From assembly GCA_000934665.2 (NCBI GenBank), contig KZ538289.1:108755-128754 (forward strand): a stretch of 20,000 nucleotides of DNA. Direction: 5' to 3'. Each line of letters begins with the position of its first letter. Within the stretch, counting starts at the first letter, position 1. Source of the stretch: Catajapyx aquilonaris. Lineage: Eukaryota. The notes under the pieces were generated by a model that was not told where the DNA came from, did no database searches, and worked only from the letters and a program-made list of their open reading frames with translations. Shown piece after piece: positions 11,573 to 20,000 of the stretch. The position numbers and the translations under genes are program-made.

Positions 11573-11607
11573 GCGACTTTCCTGCTCGCTCACCAAAATC
11601 GAACTGA
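11573..11607 (-). promoter_or_regulatory. Inr + MTE-like + DPE core promoter of the Ly6-like gene (TSS ~11605)
   Basis: On the minus strand: TCAGTT (11607-11602, A=+1 at 11605), CGAGC at +18..+22, G at +24, and AGTCG exactly at +28..+32 (RGWYV). It lies 106 nt upstream of the ATG. Confidence 0.6.
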
Positions 11608-13125
11608 CTGGAATTACAATCATCAACATCAACAAACCAAGGGAGACCATTGTTGTCCCAAGTTACTCCAAAGAGTTCTGCTATAATACGCAAGACAGGT
11701 AACCAACTAACCAAGCTCACCGTGAAGGGGCACCGCAGAAAGCGCCGCGTAAAACCCCGGTGGCGAAAAAAGCAAACAGGAGAAGGAATTGGCCTCTATG
11801 CCGAGCCAGTGTGTGTACCTCTATCCCACAGAGCCCTCAAACCTTACCCAGGTGGAAGGCAGCCGAGCGGATATAAGGGAGGGAAACTGCTCTCTCTGGA
11901 TAGGATTTTCTTCTCTCTTTTTTAATAGTAAGGGGGGATGGGGGTGGGGGGGGGGAACGATAGGCCTGAGAGAGCCCCCCCTTTCTCACTTTTGTAGAGT
12001 TTGACAGCCACTGGCGTCAAAACTGCAGTCCCCCTACTCGGCCCTTTTCTTTCTCCGCCAATATGTTGAAAATCTCTTTGAAATTCAGCAGAGAAAAGAA
12101 TGTTGGGGGAGGCTAGTGGATGGAATGAAGCCAACATTTATTTGATGTCTCCATAGACGACTAGGGGAGCTATAGGATGACAAAAAAAGGGAAAAGATAA
12201 TAGAGTTTTACATGAGGAAAGTGGCCATTTCTGTACCAGAGATGGGCAAGTTTGCTGCAGTGTCAGGACATATGGATCAAACTGCATTGGACATTTGTAT
12301 GCTTAAAAATGGTGCAGAATGCTCAGTATAAATTCTGATATTAAATGTAAACATATAAAATTCATTGCTTAACAGCTTCATTAAATTCTTGGACACTTTT
12401 CAGCCTCCGCCCCTGAGTTTTAAGACGGGCAGATGGCCCCGTCCTTTCTGTTCAAACTTGGGTTGTAAACGTGAATTCCGGCGCCTATTCTTCGTCGGTT
12501 TCTTTTCCCTTTCATTCACTTTGAAGATTACGAGGAGATTAGACGGAACAGGGAGATTTAACAGACAAGTTTGTGTTGGTGGACAGATTCGCTGGGCTAA
12601 AGAAAGCCTAAAGAGCTCCCACAGTGAAACCCGAGCCTAATCTTCTATCCCCCCATCTAACAAACCGCCTTATTTCACCAAACATGTTACCAGTTTTTGT
12701 GCTTATTTTTGGCAATATTATATGCCCTGCATACTTGGCCCATAAAAGGCAAAAAGGCGTGATTCTGGGACCCAGAACCAGATTGGGGGACCAAATGAAG
12801 AGCGAAGCAAGCCAAGTGGCCTCACGGCCACCATGACAACCACATTGGCCTACCTGGGACGCAAAGGACGGAAGGAAGGAAGAAAAGGAAGAATGGAAAA
12901 GAGGGGGGATTCTGAGTGCTCCATGTTTGCACACTCGGATGATCCGGGTGAATAGCTCTGGACCCGAGCTGGATCGGCGGGTTCTGCGGGTTTCCAGCCT
13001 CCTTTTTGGAAAGCCCAGCAGTTCTATACAGACTACACCTGACCAAACTGCCCCCCTCCCCACCCCATGTATACAGCTCCATGTCCACCTTTTCTGGTCC
13101 ATGTCAGCAAGTTCTGTCGGTTGAG

Positions 13126-13206
13126 TGCGGTAACGAGCAAAAACCGGTGGTGAGAACCGCACCCCATACTGGTGGGCAACATCTTAACAGTGGTCGTGTA
13201 ACCACA
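13126..13206. promoter_or_regulatory. Cluster of three Runx consensus sites (candidate enhancer)
   Basis: TGCGGT 13126-13131, AACCGCA 13155-13161, AACCACA 13200-13206. A Su(H)/CSL core GTGAGAA at 13150-13156 overlaps the middle site. Confidence 0.4.
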
Positions 13207-13592
13207 TGCACAGTCGCTGACAGTGATGGCTTCACTCTGTGTGCCGGTACAGAACACGTGGGTGTCATGCCTAGATGGAACACCAGGCCTAGCACAGCCT
13301 ATAGCGAAACTGTGCATATGATAATTAACTAGCGCAATGGACAGGTAGATATATGAAAAAAATGTTCCCAGCAGGACCCTAGGGTGCCCAGTGAGTAAAT
13401 CGGCGCAACGGTTCCTGAGGAGTGACAAGGGGCAGGAGCCACTGAGGCTAACCCAAGGATTGATCAATGGACAAGGAGGCCTCTTTGTCAGCATCCCATA
13501 GCTCGTAGGTGCCCATTTTCCTCCTTATGCGTCTCCTTTCCACGCCCACGGCGATCCCCTCGAACCCTTAGTCCCCATTATTATTTTCCATG

Positions 13593-13620
13593 CCCCCCCC
13601 CNCCCCCCCCTCTCACCCCC
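13593..13620. other. Poly-C tract containing an ambiguous base (n at 13602); likely an assembly weak point
   Basis: A single 'n' sits inside a long C homopolymer. Confidence 0.85.
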
Positions 13621-15578
13621 CATGTTTTTTATTCGGCCTAGGATTAGGGCTGTCATAATAAGGCTGCCGTGATGTAATTCCATCCCGCGCTAATTTCCTT
13701 GGATAGGCTATTTGTTAGGATGGGATGAGTAAGAAAAACCTGGTGGTGACACATGTAAGCCCCCCCCTCATGAAATGCAAATGATGGGACTGGAACCTTG
13801 GAGGGCACGGGACATTTGGCAAGATCTTTTCAGATGCTGGGTGACCTTATAGGGTTATATTTAGGCTAACCAGGTGCTCCCACCAGAAAGGCTCACAATC
13901 AGCTTGGGAGTAGGCCTAGCACATGGAGCTAGGCCTAGCACTGATGGCAAAGTACCATTGGCAAATCCTAACAACCCTACACCCCATTAATGAAATCTGG
14001 TTCTCCCATAGCGATATCGCGTATTCCGCTCCTGAGACGAAATTCCCTTGGGTCGAAGCAATGAAGCAACATTCCCCACTGGAAAAAAGCAGAAGGAGGG
14101 AGGGAAAGAAGGCGACCTCGAGCCAGTCGAGCGCAAACTCATCGCAGCGCCTTGTCACTTGGAAGTACAGAGCGCATTACTAACGAAGAAGGATGCCCAG
14201 AATCAAAGGCCATTAAATGGGCCCTTGCACGCTCTTCTTTGGCCCTTTTCTCTACACCCTCTATTGCTATACTCTCTTCGCGCTCAACTTGCCTTGATCG
14301 GCCTTAACAGAAGATGGTATGGCCACTCCTTTACAGACGGAGCATGTATATTTTCTATGCCTGGGCGGAGACGCTGGCCATGCCTGTGATAATTGGGAGG
14401 AAAATGGCGGAAGAAAACAAATATGAATTACCTGAGCTCAAAATGTTCTCTAAATGATTTTGATTCCATTTGAGTAATTTATTATTATTGTGACTCTTTT
14501 TAAGTTTGAAAAACTGAAGTACTGAACAATCAAAGTCACAATCTAATGAGTGAGAAACTTTCAATTTGAATGTTGCATTGAATGTTGGATCATTTCTCCA
14601 TGAAAAAGTGGACTGGCCAGGTAGAGTAATATTACATCTAAAAAAAACACTATATTTGTGTAACTCATCTTCGACCAAAATGCGGCTAACAATCTGTGAA
14701 ATAATTGGTAAATACAATTCAATTCAGAATGGCCGCGTGTGTGTAACCTCGTGTTTCCCCTTAAGCTCACAGGGACGTCCCCATGCACAACAAGGTGTAG
14801 TGGGAACTTTAGTGTGCGTGTTAAAAAACCATCAGCCCTGGTTCTTGGCAAGGGAGCTCGCCAGTTCAGGAAATTAGGCAGCGAGGCGTCGTTCGAATCA
14901 TTTTCTCAGCCCCCATTCGCTTTCCACAGCTGCACCTTATACTCGCTTCCCACCCTGTTGTAATCTCACTTACTGGTTCATAGTACTTCACCTTATCGGC
15001 TCAGTACTTGTATATACACTTGCTATGTATGAGCGAAACACTTCGCATGCGGTTTTGCCTTCATGCAACACCTCAAAGACCGATATTGCAAATTGAGGTT
15101 TTTACACTGTTTCAACACCAGAATGTATTTCACGTAATTGGCTAAATTCATTACAGAAGTAATGTTTGCCAAAATTGTGATAAAAATCACTACAAGCTCA
15201 AATGAAAATCAGGTGATTTGGTGCTTCTTCAAGGAATTATTGCAGAAGTGTGATGGCTACTCAAAATAATTGACTCTATCCTTCTTAAATGACGAAATTC
15301 CTAATGTAAATTTTCAGCTGATTTGCGCACATATGTCTTCAGATTGACAGAAGCAGTGTTCTCAAAATTAAGCTCTTCAGCGAGAGTACAACAAAATTAG
15401 CTTTTGAGCACCCAATGAATTAAATTTGGTTAAAAATACGTCCCATCAACAACATCCTGATCCCACCTCCTCATAATCACGATTAAGCCAGCTTACTTTA
15501 AGTCACCACCCCAATAATGACAGTCTCCCCCCACCCATTTTCCTATAGACCCCATCTAGACTGATCCCTTGTCCAAAT

Positions 15579-16050
15579 ATTGGCAAAAACTAGCGAGTTG
15601 GTTGGCAGGAAAAGGGCTGCCTTTCCTTGAGAAACTGGGCGAATCCTATTGGTACACTCAAGAGACCGGACCAATCGAAGGGCGGAGTAGGAGGTCTGGC
15701 GGCGCGTCGGCGGGTAGACCAAAGCCACCAAGAATTACCGGGGGTTCCATCAGGGGGGTTCCCCCATCTCTAGGGGGTTCCATCGTCAGCCCCCCAGAAG
15801 ATTACCAAGGGAGAGAGAGAGAGAAGGGGAGTCCCAAGTGTGAGCTGGCCCCCCCTCTAGTTTCCCCCCTACCCTACCCATAAACCACTCCCTCCCTGCT
15901 TCTCCTCCACCCCCCTCTATCCTCCCCACGACCCCAACCCGGCGTCCGTGGTGTGCTATTGACCAGATCACAAGCGGAGAGGGAGCCAAGCGGACGATTC
16001 ACAAGTGCGCGCCAGTCTCGCCGTCACAGGCGCCCTCTCTGAGTCGGAGT
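15579..16050 (+). promoter_or_regulatory. Putative proximal promoter of the Runx gene
   Basis: GC-rich island with CCAAT boxes (ATTGG 15648-15652, CCAAT 15671-15675), a GC box GGGCGG 15680-15685, a (GA)n run 15811-15824 and an Inr-like CCAGTC at 16012-16017. A DPE-like AGTCG at 16042-16046 is one base off canonical spacing. Confidence 0.55.
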
Positions 16051-16156
16051 TTTGTCGGAGTTTGTGTCGGTTGGGTACGACCGGGAGCTCTGCAGTGTCG
16101 CGCGTGGATTTCGTGTCGGCTGGATTGGAACGACGCTGATTTTATTCGATAGACAG
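16014..16156 (+). other. Putative non-coding first exon (5' UTR) of the Runx gene
   Basis: An ATG-free, CpG-rich segment ends in a donor-like CAG|GTTGGT (16156/16157). A matching acceptor TTTTTCTCAG| lies at 17889/17890, 62 nt upstream of the start codon. Confidence 0.45.
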
Positions 16157-16628
16157 GTTGGTATGGTCATATTCGGAGGGATGGACATTGGGGTGGTAGC
16201 ACGTGTTTGACAGTGGAAGAAGCATGGCTAGAAATTTGAATTTCGCAAAAAATTTGAGTGGTGGACTGAACATGTGTCACATTTTGATTTAAATTGAGTT
16301 ACAGAGTATTACACTCATTGTCAGTTGGGATGTACTACTCCCATACTCGTATGTCGCTCAAAATCATAGAGACGATTTTGAGCGGTACCTAACCTGCAGA
16401 GAAATGATTGAAAAATTGGGGGTTTCGATCATTACGTGCCGTACTTGAATCGCACTTGAATTTATAGCGCTCTTTTGTTTTTGTGGTACTGATATATTAT
16501 GTCTATAAAATGTTTGGAAAATATGAAGGGTGTGATGTCAAGTACTTTATAATTAGCTGTCACATAACGTCAGAAGTGCTTGAACTAATTTTCTGGCAAT
16601 GCGTTTCAGGCATTATGTAATACCGGTA

Positions 16629-17028
16629 CAGTTGAATCGAGGATATGACAGACATCAAGGGACCGTTAGAAAAAAATATTGTTATAACCGAGGTCTGTTA
16701 TAGCCAAATCGTCACTTTCACAAAGTTTTCTGGTTTCTATATGCCTATAATTTAATGATTAATGAAATCCGTCATAAATGCAATATTAGCTCACCCGAAA
16801 ATTATTCAAGACTAAAAAATCCAAAATTTTCTTCTGTCGTCTCCGTTTTGCCAATTTTATATCAGAAAAAGCGTATTTTCCCTTCAAGGGGCCCGAGGTG
16901 AAGTGAAAATGAGTATGTTATGAGTAAAAATACACAGGGGCTTATGGAAGTATGGCGGGACCGGACTTTCGAGTCTGTTATAACCGAAAGTCCGTTATAA
17001 CCGAGGTTGTTATATCCGGATTCAACTG
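16629..17028. mobile_element. 400-bp Tc1/mariner/pogo(Tigger)-type MITE
   Basis: The TIRs read CAGTTGAATCGAGGATATGACA (left) and CAGTTGAATCCGGATATAACA (right, reverse-complemented). TA TSD at 16627-16628 and 17029-17030. Subterminal GTTATAACCGA repeats at both ends; no ORF. Confidence 0.85.
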
Positions 17029-17921
17029 TACTTCCATTTAGTGATTGAAGTTGGAAAAATAGTGTGTAACGTTTGGAAATTGCCAGTTACGTACACCGTA
17101 AGTTAGATTATACTTCACATCGCAACAATTTTATAGGCCTGTGATTAGCACCAAATTTCCTTCGACTAAAAGCATTTTGCCGCCTGTATGTAGCAAGAGT
17201 CATACTGTTTGTTGGTTAAATAAGTGACCCGCCAAAAATGGCTTACCTAACATTTTTCCAAAAAAAAATATACATTACTCAACATGTAATTACCTCTACA
17301 TAAATGGACGGTGTTATGCAATAATGAGTCAACATGAGAACAGTTTTGAAAAAATTGGGCTTTAAAGGTCATACGTGTGAAATTAATTCAGTCGGTCATA
17401 TGTGGCAGAAGTACGCAGATTTCGCCACCTTGATTTTAACTGAATTGGGTGTATGTTCCTGGGCTTAACTCAATAAATTTTGACCTTTTTGTGGGTTGAC
17501 CCATTTTTGTATAACACCATCCAAATATCCAACGGATATAAACAGTATGAAGTGATACTTACAACAACGGCATAAGTGACATCTGAATGAAAAATTGATT
17601 CGAATATAATTTAACTAACACTGCATAATATTGATATTCAATTGCATCACGCTTCCCGCCCACTTGTCGCCAACTATAAACACAAAGTAACCGAACTAAA
17701 CAAGTGCTTCCCAGTTCCCACGCACTTTCTAAATCAAGGGGCATTACAGTATGCGAGTACCTATAGTAACCTCAACATCTTGCTGGAAAAATGAGCTCAG
17801 AATGTCTCTGGCACTAAAAATGTAATTCGGATAGAGCATACGTTCTGCTGGTCAAAAAGTGAGACATTTTTTTGTTGTATTTTTCTCAGTGCACATTACC
17901 AGTAGAAGAAGTGTAAGGTAG

Positions 17922-18251
<330 letters not shown>

Positions 18252-18854
18252 TAAAAATATATATTTATAGATATATTTTCAAAAAATATTTTTTATTACG
18301 GAGGACAACGTCCTGGCTATACATATTTGAAGTTAGTTGCATAAATTGCAAGATTATATTTTTGTTTATTTTTTTAAAAAAGGGGGGTTAAAAGTATGGT
18401 GGTTAAAAATAATCGGGTGGAAATGGCGCGCCGCGGTAGCGAGGTTCGTGAATTAGTAATTTGTTCACATTATATTTATCACTGGGGGCCACAGTGTCGT
18501 TGCTGCCGAGTGAACACAGTAAATATCTCTTTAGGGCCAAACAGGGTGTGTCATAAGTGTCAGTGTTTGGTGAGTGGAATGTCTCAAGTGTATAGCTGTA
18601 CTGCATAAAGTATGATTTTTAATGCTAATTGTACAAATATTACAATTTAGCCAACATTGTAACTGCAATATTGATGTGTCTATTTGAAATAATATTTTTG
18701 ACCTTTAAAATGTTTGTATGTGGCAATATAATACTGTGACACCTCAATTTTTTTTGCATATCCTTGTACAGTACCACGTCCCTGCAACTATTTTACTTTA
18801 CTGTCTGGCTGCGGTAATTTTGATAAAAGCCGGTCTAATAATCCTTGCAGGTAG

Positions 18855-19169
<315 letters not shown>

Positions 19170-19350
19170 TGATGGAGGTTTCACGCCTATATGCTTAGCT
19201 ATTATTGGAAGCGCATTAAAGTTGTACCGCGGTTGCATTAGGCCCTAATGCATGGTTGCACCGTTGGATTAAAAAGTAACTAGTCACAAGTACTGGTGAT
19301 AATACAAAAATAATCATAATATTGAAAATAACACTGAAAATAATCCTAGC

Positions 19351-19818
19351 AATGAAAATAATTATTTTCATTCCCATATGATTATTTTCATGATTTTCAT
19401 GATTATAATCACAGCAATGAAAATAATCAGAGATGAAAATAATCATATAGGAATGAAAATAATCAGAGATGAAAATAATCATATAGGAATGAAAATAATC
19501 ATATAGGAATGAAAATAATCATATAGGAATGAAAATAATCAGAGATGAAAATAATCATATAGGAATGAAAATAATCATATAGGAATGAAAATAATCAATA
19601 GGAATGAAAATAATCATATAGGAATGAAAATAATCATATAGGAATGAAAATAATCAGAGATGAAAATAATCATATAGGAATGAAAAAACTAATCAGATAA
19701 AAATAATCATATAGGAATGAAAAAACTAATCAGATAAAAATAATCGTATATTGTAGGAATGAAAATACCTAATCAGATAAAAATAATCATATAGGAATGA
19801 ATATAATCATGAAAATAA
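19351..19818. repeat. Intronic minisatellite of 20-bp (GAATGAAAATAATCATATAG) and 16-bp (GATGAAAATAATCAGA) units with an inverted block at its start
   Basis: Tandem units run from about 19416 to 19818. Inverted copies lie at 19361-19405, including a perfect 22-bp palindrome AATGAAAATAATTATTTTCATT at 19351-19372. Confidence 0.92.
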
Positions 19819-20000
19819 AACTAATAACAACTTGGGCATGAACAATAGCTGTTATTTCATGTGAAAAGTAGAGTTACTGATACAAACCCATGTTTTGGGT
19901 TTCAGCCTATCAATATTGCTGAACTACAGTACAGTTGAAAAAGAGTTCAGGAAAAACTAGCCTTCTAGCATTCTATTTCTCTCTCTGAATAGTAGGGGGG

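Noticed and set aside
12237..12252. hAT-like terminus CAGAGATGGGCAAG
   Set aside because: No matching opposite terminus or TSD was found in the window.
12608..13162. Longest ORF (184 aa, - strand) as a gene
   Set aside because: No recognisable domain, composition typical of random GC-rich sequence, and no coherent splice structure.
18541..18770. Tc1-like MITE starting CAGGGTGT in the Runx intron
   Set aside because: No convincing right TIR (ACACCCTG) or TA TSD.

Overview
Eukaryotic (metazoan, most likely arthropod-like) genomic DNA; no prokaryotic-type system is visible. Two divergently transcribed spliced genes are supported. (1) On the + strand, the 5' part of a Runx/runt-family transcription factor gene: coding exons 17952-18221 and 18942-19098, a probable non-coding first exon near 16014-16156, and a GC/CCAAT-rich promoter. 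The rest of the Runt domain lies beyond the window. (2) On the - strand, a three-exon gene for a probably GPI-anchored three-finger (Ly6/uPAR, quiver/sleepless-like) protein at 9999-11499. It has an exactly spaced Inr-DPE core promoter but an apparent 1-nt frameshift in its signal-peptide exon. Between the two genes is an 81-bp cluster of three Runx consensus sites. Repeats include a tRNA-derived SINE inserted into a near-perfect foldback palindrome, two Tc1/mariner/pogo-type MITEs, three minisatellites, an (ATT)n microsatellite and a dispersed CGCCATGTTTGGTCC motif. Most ORFs in the supplied track look spurious.
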